In this document: piece by piece, positions 21,333 to 29,000 of the stretch
Layout: each line of letters starts with the position of its first letter
How positions within the stretch are numbered: position 1 is the first letter of the stretch
Source of the DNA: Pseudomonadota bacterium
Lineage (GTDB): Bacteria; Myxococcota_A; UBA9160; UBA4427
Reading direction: 5' to 3'
DNA length: 64,000 nucleotides
Assembly (NCBI GenBank): GCA_022361175.1
Contig: JAKSBN010000445.1
Location: 32,064 to 96,063, forward strand
Made by a program: the position numbers and the translations under genes
The notes under the pieces: model-generated
The model's input: the letters and a program-made list of their open reading frames with translations, nothing else
What the model was told of the DNA's origin: nothing
The model's database searches: none

Positions 21333-21369
21333 CGACCCTGTTTTTCTCGACCCTTGTTTTCTCGACCCT
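21333..21369 (+). repeat. 15-bp tandem repeat, about 2.5 copies
   Basis: CGACCCTGTTTTTCT CGACCCTTGTTTTCT CGACCCT. Confidence 0.7.
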
Positions 21370-21418
21370 ATCAGGACCGGATCTCACAGACCGGAACCCA
21401 CAATCTGGAGGACTCCCC

Positions 21419-22615
21419 ATGGCGCGCGAAGCCGTGATCGTCGACAGCGTCCGCACCGGCCTCACCAAGGCCCACCGCGGCTCCTTCAACCTGACCGAGC
21501 CGGTGGACTACCTGGCGCACACGATCAAGTCCGTGGTCGAGCGCGCGCCGAACCTGGACCCGACCGAGATCGAGGACGTCATCACGGGCGTCGGCATGCC
21601 GGAGGGCTGCCAGGGCATGAACATGTCTCGCATCGCGGCCATGGCCGCGGGGCTGCCCAAGGAGGTCGCCGCCACGTCCGTCAACCGCTTCTGCTCGTCG
21701 GGCTCGCAGGCCGTGATGATGGCCGCCCACCAGATCCTGCACGAAGGCGCCGAGGTGGCCATCGGGGCTGGCGTCGAGACCATCACCATGATGCAGGACG
21801 GCACCCAGAACACGACCCGGATGGTGAACAACGCCGCCAAGGACCGGTTCCCCGGGCTCTACTTCCCCATGGGCGTGACGGCCGAGGTGGTGGCCGAGCG
21901 CTACAAGATCTCGCGCGAGGACCAGGACGCCTACTCGCTGCAGAGCCAGCAGCGCTACGCGGCGGCCGCCGAGAAGGGCTGGGTCTCCGAAGAGATCGCG
22001 CCCATGAAGACCACCCGCAAGGTGATGAAGAAGGGCGAGGAGCCCTACGACGAAGAGTGCGTGGTCGATCGCGACGAGTGCAACCGACCGAGCACCACGC
22101 TCGACGGCCTGTCGTCGCTGAAGCCGGTCTTCAAGCCGCAGGAGGAAGGCGGCACGGTGACGGCCGGCAACGCCTCCCAGCTCTCCGACGGCGCCTCGGC
22201 CACGCTGCTCATGAGTGCGGAGCGCGCCAAGCAACTGGGCGTCGAGCCGCTCGGCATCTATCGGGGCAGCGCCGTCGCCGGCTGCGGACCCGAGGAGATG
22301 GGGATCGGCCCCGTCTTCGCCGTGCCGAAGCTCCTGAAGCGCCACGGCCTCACCATGGACGACATCGACATCGTCGAGCTGAACGAGGCCTTCGCCTCCC
22401 AGCTGCTGTACTGCCAGCGGCAACTGGAGATCCCGAACGAGAAGCTGAACCCGAGCGGCGGCTCCATCTCGATCGGCCACCCGTTCGGCATGACGGGGTC
22501 GCGCATGACGGGCCTGCTGCTGCGCCAGCTGAAGCGGCAGGGCAAGCGCTACGGCATCGTCACCATGTGCGTGGGTGGCGGCCAGGGCTTCGCGAGCCTG
22601 TTCGAAGCCGCCTAG
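21419..22615 (+). CDS. Acetyl-CoA C-acyltransferase (thiolase)
   Basis: NRFCSSG, TAGNASQLSDGA, ELNEAFA, GHPFGMTG, MCVGGGQG; RBS GGAGG. Confidence 0.95.
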   Translation: MAREAVIVDSVRTGLTKAHRGSFNLTEPVDYLAHTIKSVVERAPNLDPTEIEDVITGVGMPEGCQGMNMSRIAAMAAGLPKEVAATSVNRFCSSGSQAVMMAAHQILHEGAEVAIGAGVETITMMQDGTQNTTRMVNNAAKDRFPGLYFPMGVTAEVVAERYKISREDQDAYSLQSQQRYAAAAEKGWVSEEIAPMKTTRKVMKKGEEPYDEECVVDRDECNRPSTTLDGLSSLKPVFKPQEEGGTVTAGNASQLSDGASATLLMSAERAKQLGVEPLGIYRGSAVAGCGPEEMGIGPVFAVPKLLKRHGLTMDDIDIVELNEAFASQLLYCQRQLEIPNEKLNPSGGSISIGHPFGMTGSRMTGLLLRQLKRQGKRYGIVTMCVGGGQGFASLFEAA

Positions 22616-22635
22616 GCCTCCAGTCCAGCGAAAGA

Positions 22636-22669
22636 GGCGGAGCCGCGGCCGACGGACCGCGGCTCCGCC
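22636..22669 (+). terminator. 13-bp GC stem-loop after thiolase (terminator or mRNA-stability element)
   Basis: GGCGGAGCCGCGG-N8-CCGCGGCTCCGCC; no clear U-tract. Confidence 0.55.
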
Positions 22670-22700
22670 CGGCTGGCTGTGCGAAGTCGCCGGAGAGCCC

Positions 22701-23210
22701 TTGGCCCCGACCTCCGCCACTCCCGACTGCGATCCGGAAGAGCTCGAGCGCTTCTCGAAGACCTTCCTCTACCGCGAAGCCGGGATCCTGCTCGACACGG
22801 TCACGCGCCTGGATCGAGCAGCCAAGGTCATCGAAGGCCGGCTCGACACCAACCGGAACCTGCCCCTTGCCGGGGAGCAGCGCACCAGCGACGTCCACCC
22901 CGGACACGTGGCGGGTGCAGAGCTACTGCAGGTGACGGGGATCCTCGGCTGTCTCCACGCCTGGTTCTTCTACGGCTGCCGTTGGGACGAAGGGTGGGCC
23001 GGATTCGGCAACCGCATCCACCGGGCGGACTTCAAGACCCTGGCCCACCTGGGGCCACCGCTCTCACTCCGATCGGAAGAGACACGAGCCCGCGTAGGCC
23101 CGCGGCGCCTGGTCCTGCGCTTCACGTTCCAGTTCGAGCAGGAAGGCCGCGTCGTCTACACGGGCGACCAAACCGCCATGTTCATGAAGGACCAGCCGCT
23201 CGCGCCGTAG
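22701..23210 (+). CDS. Hypothetical protein, probable hotdog fold (FabA/FabZ-like)
   Basis: TTG start after GGAGA; ILLDTV...HPGHVAGAELLQ helix...RIHRADFK...PPL strand pattern. Confidence 0.5.
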   Translation: MAPTSATPDCDPEELERFSKTFLYREAGILLDTVTRLDRAAKVIEGRLDTNRNLPLAGEQRTSDVHPGHVAGAELLQVTGILGCLHAWFFYGCRWDEGWAGFGNRIHRADFKTLAHLGPPLSLRSEETRARVGPRRLVLRFTFQFEQEGRVVYTGDQTAMFMKDQPLAP

Positions 23211-23499
23211 CCCGCGAGAGGGCCACCGTGTGGCTCGGGAGCTCCGCCTTCTTGTTCGCCCGCTCGCGCGCCACGCGCTCGCGCTCGACCAGGAACTCCG
23301 CCGCCGTCGGTCCACCGCTCGAAACGGGCGGGCCCGGAACGATCACCCGGTCGATGGACAGCTCTTCGGGTCCGAACTGGTTGTACGCAAAGTAGAGGCA
23401 ACCCGACAGCACCAGACAGCCGAGCAGCCGCAGCTGCCTCGGCGAGTGTCGCCGGCGACGCCTCACCAGATCCCCCCGTCGTCGCTTTGAGTACCGCAC
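23182..23499 (-). CDS. Small Arg-rich single-pass membrane protein
   Basis: GGAGG RBS before GTG; RRRGDLVRRRRRH then LLGCLVLSGCLYFAY. Confidence 0.5.
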   Translation of the reverse strand: MRYSKRRRGDLVRRRRRHSPRQLRLLGCLVLSGCLYFAYNQFGPEELSIDRVIVPGPPVSSGGPTAAEFLVERERVARERANKKAELPSHTVALSRATARAAGPS

Positions 23500-23757
23500 G
23501 CCTATTCCTCCAACTGACTCCAGTTGACCTCTGTCGATCGGCGGAATCCCTTTCGAGCTGCGTGACCCCGCACACGGCAACGAGGCGGCAAGTGCGACAC
23601 GGAGGTGCAGGTCGGCCGCAGTCGTCGAGCAGCCCCACGCGCGGGGCAGGAACGCCCGCTGCAAAATGCACCCACGAAGGCACCAAGGCGCTTGTTGCCC
23701 CGCCCTCCACACCTCGGTGTAGAATCGATCCAGGGGGGTGAATCAGCGGGGGAACCC

Positions 23758-24759
23758 ATGCGCTGGTTCTATGTTCCCGAGTACGACTACGCCCGGAACC
23801 TGCCCGATCGCACGGCGCTCTACGGTTTCCCGCTGGACAAGGCCTCGCGCGTCCTCGGCCTGCTGGTGGAGAGCGGGTGCGTCACGGCCGATCGCTTCGA
23901 AGCCCCGACGGCCGTGGCCGAGGACGAGCTCCTCGCCGTCCACACACCGCACGTGGTTCACGACCTCCACGACCCCTATGCCGTGGCGCGCGCGCTCGAC
24001 TTCGCCCCGTTGGCCCGCGAATCGGCGACCGCCGTCTACGAGGCGGCCGTCGCGCCCCAGCTGCTGGCCTCGGGCGGTACCTGCGAGGCCCTCGAAGAGG
24101 CGGCCGCGGGAGGCTGGGCCGTGAACCTCGCCGGTGGCTACCACCACGCGCGGCCGGACCTGGCCCACGGCTTCTGCCTCGTGAACGACGTGGCGCTGGC
24201 CGTGGCCCGCTTGCGTAGAGCGGGACGCGCGCCCCGAATCCTGATCGTCGACCTGGACCTCCATCAGGGCGACGGCAACGCCCACTGCTTCGCTGCCGAC
24301 TCGCGCGTCTTCACGCTCTCGCTCCAGGAGCGTGGGCTCTTCCCGGTCCCGCGTGCGGAGAGCGACCTGGACGTCGAGCTGGAACCGGGATCGGGAGACG
24401 CCGAGTACCTGCGCGCCCTCGAGCACGCGCTCGTCCAGGTCGAGGGCTTCGATCCGGAGATCGTGGTCTATGTGGCGGGAACCGACGTCTTCGCAGGCGA
24501 CCCGCTCGGATCGCTCCGGTTGAGCGCCCGGGCCATGGCCGCTCGAGACGAACGGGTGGCCCGCTTCGCGCGTGCGCACAGCGCCGGGCTCGTCGGTCTT
24601 CCGGCCGGGGGCTACACGCAGGAGAGCCCCGAGCTCACGGCCCAGACGTTCCGAATTCTGGCCGAGCACGCGCCGCACGTGTCGGAGGAGGCCCCAGCGA
24701 CATTGGCTCACCTCGACACTCCCCATCTTCGACGACCGCGAGAAACGCCGCGAGCGTAA
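23758..24759 (+). CDS. Histone deacetylase (Zn-dependent) family protein
   Basis: GGYHHA, GFCLVNDVA, DLDLHQGDG, AGTDVFAGDPLG, GGY. Confidence 0.9.
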   Translation: MRWFYVPEYDYARNLPDRTALYGFPLDKASRVLGLLVESGCVTADRFEAPTAVAEDELLAVHTPHVVHDLHDPYAVARALDFAPLARESATAVYEAAVAPQLLASGGTCEALEEAAAGGWAVNLAGGYHHARPDLAHGFCLVNDVALAVARLRRAGRAPRILIVDLDLHQGDGNAHCFAADSRVFTLSLQERGLFPVPRAESDLDVELEPGSGDAEYLRALEHALVQVEGFDPEIVVYVAGTDVFAGDPLGSLRLSARAMAARDERVARFARAHSAGLVGLPAGGYTQESPELTAQTFRILAEHAPHVSEEAPATLAHLDTPHLRRPRETPRA

Positions 24760-25399
24760 TGCCGTCGCTGCCGTCGAAGGTGCGTGGGAGGAGCGACACG
24801 TTGCGCATCCGATCGGGCCGGAAGCTGCGGTAGTCGCGCCGCAGCTCGCACCACGCCGCCAGCGTCCACTTGCGACCCCAGAAGTACAGGCCCAGCGGCC
24901 GCACGTCGCGCTCGCTGGGGGTGCCGTCCTCGCGGGCGTACTCGAAGTGCACCAGGCGCTTGTCGCTGATGCCGCGCCGGAGCGTGGCCATCTCGGCCAG
25001 TCCGCGGGAGCGGGCCGCAAAGCCCGGAGCGAAGAGTGCGGTCTCCAGAACGACGCGCCGGAGCGCGTCCGGCAGCACGGCTTCGATCTTCGTCATGGCA
25101 CTCCCCACGGCGGACGCCAGCTCGGGGTCGCCCCAGGCCGCCACGATCCGCGCCCCCAGCACCAGCCCCTCGAGTTCTTCGCCCGTGAAGATCAGCGGCG
25201 GGAGCTCGAAGCCACGGTCGAGCCGGTAGCCGACGCCGGCCTCCCCGCGAATCGGCACTCCTGAGGCCTCCAGATCGCGCATGTCGCGGTAGATGGTTCG
25301 CTTCGAGACCCCGAGCTCGCGCGCCAGCTGCTCGCCGGTGGCGAAGCGTCGCGCGCGCAGATGTTGGACGAGTTGAAACAGGCGGTCGGCTCGACGCAT
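24635..25399 (-). CDS. YafY family HTH-WYL transcriptional regulator
   Basis: MRRADRLFQLVQHLR, LGVSKRTIYRD, GEAGVGY, WYL core AWCELRRDYRSFRPDR; RBS GAGGAGG. Confidence 0.93.
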   Translation of the reverse strand: MRRADRLFQLVQHLRARRFATGEQLARELGVSKRTIYRDMRDLEASGVPIRGEAGVGYRLDRGFELPPLIFTGEELEGLVLGARIVAAWGDPELASAVGSAMTKIEAVLPDALRRVVLETALFAPGFAARSRGLAEMATLRRGISDKRLVHFEYAREDGTPSERDVRPLGLYFWGRKWTLAAWCELRRDYRSFRPDRMRNVSLLPRTFDGSDGITLAAFLAVVEDGECRGEPMSLGPPPTRAARARPEFGTSGP

Positions 25400-25601
25400 G
25401 AAGCCTCCTCACCGGGGCCTCGGGGGGCCACGGGGTGTCGATCGGGATGTCAGCATGCTGCCTTTTCGACGAAGATCTTGCCACGCTGAGGGAGGCTCGA
25501 AGACCGGCAAATAACGCGTCGCTTCAAGTTAAATTCATTGATTCTAATTGATTTATTTGATCTTCTCCGATCTCGCCGGACGCGAGCAGGGGCCATTGGC
25601 A

Positions 25602-25623
25602 TGCTGACAGCGATGTGTCAGTA
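25602..25623. promoter_or_regulatory. Inverted repeat, candidate WYL-regulator operator
   Basis: TGCTGACA-GCGATG-TGTCAGTA; 11-mer TGTCAGCATGC at 25448-25458 is the reverse complement of 25599-25609. Confidence 0.55.
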
Positions 25624-25723
25624 GCCGGCCTTGGCGGATCGAATTCGCCCCGGTCTTCCGGCGACGGCGGGGCTTCTGCGAGAATGGTCCCAGCGGAATC
25701 GGAAACGAGCGGGAGTGACGACG

Positions 25724-26893
25724 ATGCGACGGCGGGATTTTCTGAGATTGGTGGGCGCCCGGGCCGGAAGCGCGCTTGGCGCAGCGTCGCTCTGGACCGA
25801 TGCCCTGGCGTCCGGCTTCCAACTGCCCATCACCGGCGGGATCGGTCCCTACGGACCGCTTCGCGATCCCGACGAGAACGGCATCATGCTGCCGGAGGGT
25901 TTCGCGTCGCGGGTGCTGGCCCGCGCGATGGAACCGGTTCCCGGCACCAACTACGTCTGGAAGCTGTTTCCGGACGGGGGCGACACCTTCTGGGCGAAGG
26001 GGGGGCACATCTATGTGTCCAACAGCGAGTTCTTCATCGAAGGGGGAGTCAACGCGCTGCGCTTCGACCGCAGCGGCAACGTGATCGACGCCTACTCGAT
26101 CTGCGACCAGACGTTCCAGAACTGTGCCGGAGGCCGCACGCCCTGGGGCACCTGGCTCACCTGCGAGGAGTTGGCGAACGGGCGCGTCTTCGAGTGCGAC
26201 CCCACCGGACGCCTGCCGTCCGTCTACCGGCCGGCGCTGGGCACCTTTCAGCACGAAGCCGTCGCAGTCGACGGCCGCGACCGCCAGCTCTACCTGACCG
26301 AGGATCGCTCCGACGGTGCCTTCTACCGCTTCACGCCGTCCACGTGGCCCGACCTCTCGAGCGGGCTCCTCGAGGTGGCCCAGTGGCTGCCCGACGGAAC
26401 GGTCGTCTGGCACGAGGTTCCGGAGCCCAACCCGGAGTTTCCCGGCGGTGTTCAGACCCGCCACCAGGTCCCCGAAGCCACCGCTTTCCGGGGCGGCGAG
26501 GGGATCGTGTATCAGGGCGGCAACGTCTTCTTCACCACCAAGTTGGACAACCGCGTCTGGAACTACCACGTCCGCACGCGCCACCTCTCCGTCCTGTACG
26601 ACGCCCAGTTCGATCCGGAGCGCCAGCTGACGGGCGTGGACAACATCAACGTCACGGTCGACGGAGACCTGCTGGTGGCGGAGGACGGAGGAAACATGGA
26701 GCTGGTGCTGCTGGGCCGAGACGGAGTGGCGTCGCCGGTGTGCCGGGTGGTCGGCCAGGACCAGTCCGAGATCACCGGCCCGGCCCTCGATCCGCGGGGA
26801 CAACGCCTGTACTTCAGCTCGCAGCGCGGAGACCGCTTCGGCATCACCTACGAGATCACGGGGCCCTTCGGCCTGGGGCCGGTCAAGAGCTGA
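25724..26893 (+). CDS. phoX: PhoX family (DUF839) alkaline phosphatase-like protein, Tat-exported
   Basis: Twin-arginine MRRRDFL; NCAGGRTPWGTWLTCEE, FQHEA, VDNI, AEDGG. Confidence 0.85.
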   Translation: MRRRDFLRLVGARAGSALGAASLWTDALASGFQLPITGGIGPYGPLRDPDENGIMLPEGFASRVLARAMEPVPGTNYVWKLFPDGGDTFWAKGGHIYVSNSEFFIEGGVNALRFDRSGNVIDAYSICDQTFQNCAGGRTPWGTWLTCEELANGRVFECDPTGRLPSVYRPALGTFQHEAVAVDGRDRQLYLTEDRSDGAFYRFTPSTWPDLSSGLLEVAQWLPDGTVVWHEVPEPNPEFPGGVQTRHQVPEATAFRGGEGIVYQGGNVFFTTKLDNRVWNYHVRTRHLSVLYDAQFDPERQLTGVDNINVTVDGDLLVAEDGGNMELVLLGRDGVASPVCRVVGQDQSEITGPALDPRGQRLYFSSQRGDRFGITYEITGPFGLGPVKS

Positions 26894-26895
26894 GC

Positions 26896-27059
26896 CTAGA
26901 GGCCATCTCAGTACCTCTCGGTCGCCAGAATCGCGTCTTCGAGCCGATCTCTACGTTGCGAAATCTCGACGTAGCGACCGCTATGCCTGCGATTTCGCGC
27001 CTTGATCTCGACCCGAATCCACGCCTCTGGCTCGGTCGAGGTACTGAGATGGCCTCTAG
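26896..27059. mobile_element. MITE-like non-coding palindromic element (164 bp including flanking CTAG copies)
   Basis: Perfect 22-bp inverted ends CTAGAGGCCATCTCAGTACCTC (26896-26917 / 27038-27059); internal stem GCGAAATC/GATTTCGC. Confidence 0.8.
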
Positions 27060-27697
27060 TCGGCCTCTTTCGCCTCGATCAGCCGAAGCGCGGCGTCCTG
27101 CGTCTTGTGGACGTTCAGCGGCAGCGCGATGTCCGCCGCGATGCGCACACCCAGCGCCATCACCATCAAGAGCGCCGCCAGGGCGTCCGGCGGCAGGTCC
27201 GCTCGGGCGTGTCCCGCTTGCTGGGCCGCGGACACCGTGTCCGAGAGCCGTTGCGTGGCTTCCCTGAGAATGCTCACGAACTTCTCGCGGATCGCCTCCG
27301 AACGCGCGCAGGCCGCCAGCAGCTGGTGGAACTCGACCACTCCCGGAGTGCGGCGCGCCTGGGTGCGTCCGTGTTCGTCGAGGTCTCCCGCCGCGAGCTT
27401 CACGTAGCGCGTGATGGTCGTGACGAGATCGCTCTCCGGAGCCCCCGACGCGATCACGGCGTCCATCAGCAGGCCCAGGGTGTCGGCGATGACTGCCACG
27501 ACCAGGTCTTCCCGGTCGCGGAAGTGGACGTAGAAGGCGCCGCGCGTCTTGCCCGCGCGAGCGCAGATCGCGTCCAGGCTGGGCACGTCGAAGCCCTTGT
27601 CCACGAACTCGTAGCGAGCCGCATCGATGAGGGCCTGGCGCGTCCTGTTCTTGGCGGTCTCGCGCACCCTTGCGGGTGCGCGCCTGGGGCGTCCCAT
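27056..27697 (-). CDS. TetR/AcrR family transcriptional regulator
   Basis: TRQALIDAA...SLDAICARAGKTRGAFYVHFRDREDL; start re-called at MGRPRR. Confidence 0.9.
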   Translation of the reverse strand: MGRPRRAPARVRETAKNRTRQALIDAARYEFVDKGFDVPSLDAICARAGKTRGAFYVHFRDREDLVVAVIADTLGLLMDAVIASGAPESDLVTTITRYVKLAAGDLDEHGRTQARRTPGVVEFHQLLAACARSEAIREKFVSILREATQRLSDTVSAAQQAGHARADLPPDALAALLMVMALGVRIAADIALPLNVHKTQDAALRLIEAKEAD

Positions 27698-27730
27698 CCC
27701 CTTGACGTACCACTGGGTATGTGGAGAATC

Positions 27731-27758
27731 AAGTGACATACGAAGACGTATGTCACTT
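27731..27758. promoter_or_regulatory. Perfect inverted repeat, likely TetR operator
   Basis: AAGTGACATACG-AAGA-CGTATGTCACTT between divergent tetR and alkB-like genes. Confidence 0.8.
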
Positions 27759-27827
27759 TGCGCCTGGGACGTATCCGTTGCGCCTAGAGATCCGTGCGAG
27801 AAGTCTGCGCCCGCCCCGGAGACCCCG

Positions 27828-28940
27828 ATGACAGCCACCGCCCCCTCCCCCGCCGCCGACACCACGACGTTGTCGAACTGGCGCGTCGCGTCCATCTGGT
27901 CGCGCCACCTGCTGTCCCTGTGGTTCCCGCTGAACGCCCTCGCCTTCGTCGCGACGGGGCCGCACAGCTGGGCCACCGCCCCGCTCTTCCTGGTGCCGAT
28001 CTTGGCCGCCCACTGGCTGGACTCGCGTGAGCGGGTGGAAAAGCGGCAGCCCGACCCCGAACTCCCCGCCTGGCCGTTCGATCTGCTCGTGTACGTGCTG
28101 GCGGCGCTGCAGTTGATCAACGTGGTGCTGCTGGTCCGGCTGTTGTCGGGACAGCCCATCTGGGCCGCGGATTTCACATTGGGAGTGATCGTGGTGGGCG
28201 CCAGTTCGGGCTTCTCCATCATCACCGCCCACGAGCTGATCCACCGCAGGCCCGCGGCGGAACAGTGGCTGGGGCGTGCCCTCTTGTGCACCGTCCTGTA
28301 CGAGCACTTCTACACCGAGCACCTCCGCGGCCACCACGTCCGCATCGGAACCGAGTCGGATCCGGCCACGGCGCGGTTCGGCGAAACGTTCCACCAGTTC
28401 TACCGGCGCACCGTGCCGGCCCAGTTCCGCAGCGCGTGGCGGCTCGAATGCAAGCGACTGGGCGACGAGGAGATGCCGTTGCTCGACCGGCGGCAGTGGC
28501 GCAATCGGGTCCTCCACGGCTTGGTGGTGGGCTGGGGTGGAGCCCTGTGCGTCGCCCTCACCTGCGGTGTCGTGGCGCTCGCGGTCTTCGTGCTGCAGGC
28601 CCTGCTGGCCAGCCGCCTGCTGGAGATCGTGAACTACTTCGAGCACTGGGGTCTCAGCCGCCAGTCGCAGCGGGTCCGCCCCACTGACTCGTGGGACACG
28701 CACTCCTGGTTCACCTACTACGCCCTGGTCGGCCTCTCGCGCCACGCCGACCACCACGCCTACGCGGCGCGTCCGTATCAACAGCTCCGCGTCTTTGAAG
28801 AGCCGCCCGTCCTGCCGCGCGGCTACATCGGCATGATTCCCCTGGTGGTCATTCACAACTCCGAGTTCCGCGCACTGGCTGCGGAGGAACTGGAGCGCAG
28901 GCGTCTGGGGCCCTTCGCGACGGCGCAGCCCTCCGGCTAG
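27828..28940 (+). CDS. alkB: Alkane 1-monooxygenase AlkB-like membrane di-iron hydroxylase
   Basis: His boxes HELIH, EHLRGHH, NYFEHWG, LSRHADHHA; DPATARFGE; several TM helices. Confidence 0.8.
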   Translation: MTATAPSPAADTTTLSNWRVASIWSRHLLSLWFPLNALAFVATGPHSWATAPLFLVPILAAHWLDSRERVEKRQPDPELPAWPFDLLVYVLAALQLINVVLLVRLLSGQPIWAADFTLGVIVVGASSGFSIITAHELIHRRPAAEQWLGRALLCTVLYEHFYTEHLRGHHVRIGTESDPATARFGETFHQFYRRTVPAQFRSAWRLECKRLGDEEMPLLDRRQWRNRVLHGLVVGWGGALCVALTCGVVALAVFVLQALLASRLLEIVNYFEHWGLSRQSQRVRPTDSWDTHSWFTYYALVGLSRHADHHAYAARPYQQLRVFEEPPVLPRGYIGMIPLVVIHNSEFRALAAEELERRRLGPFATAQPSG

Positions 28941-29000
28941 GCCCGGCGGCGGGCCGCCTCGGGCGAGACCGCCTGAGAAGCCGGGCTAGACTGCCGCTCC

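Noticed and set aside
21333-21369. Possible CRISPR array
   Set aside because: Units are 15 bp and contiguous, with no spacers and no cas genes
16388-21418. 2075-aa plus-strand ORF (16388-22615)
   Set aside because: Only the last 398 aa (thiolase, own RBS at 21419) are real; the rest is the antisense shadow of three minus-strand genes in GC-rich DNA
24635-25399. WYL gene as a marker of an anti-phage defence island
   Set aside because: It is YafY-type and no defence genes are nearby
25409-25456. 15-codon upstream ORF before the WYL gene (MLTSRSTPRGPPRPR, minus strand)
   Set aside because: No convincing RBS; its start coincides with the operator-like half site and it is probably chance
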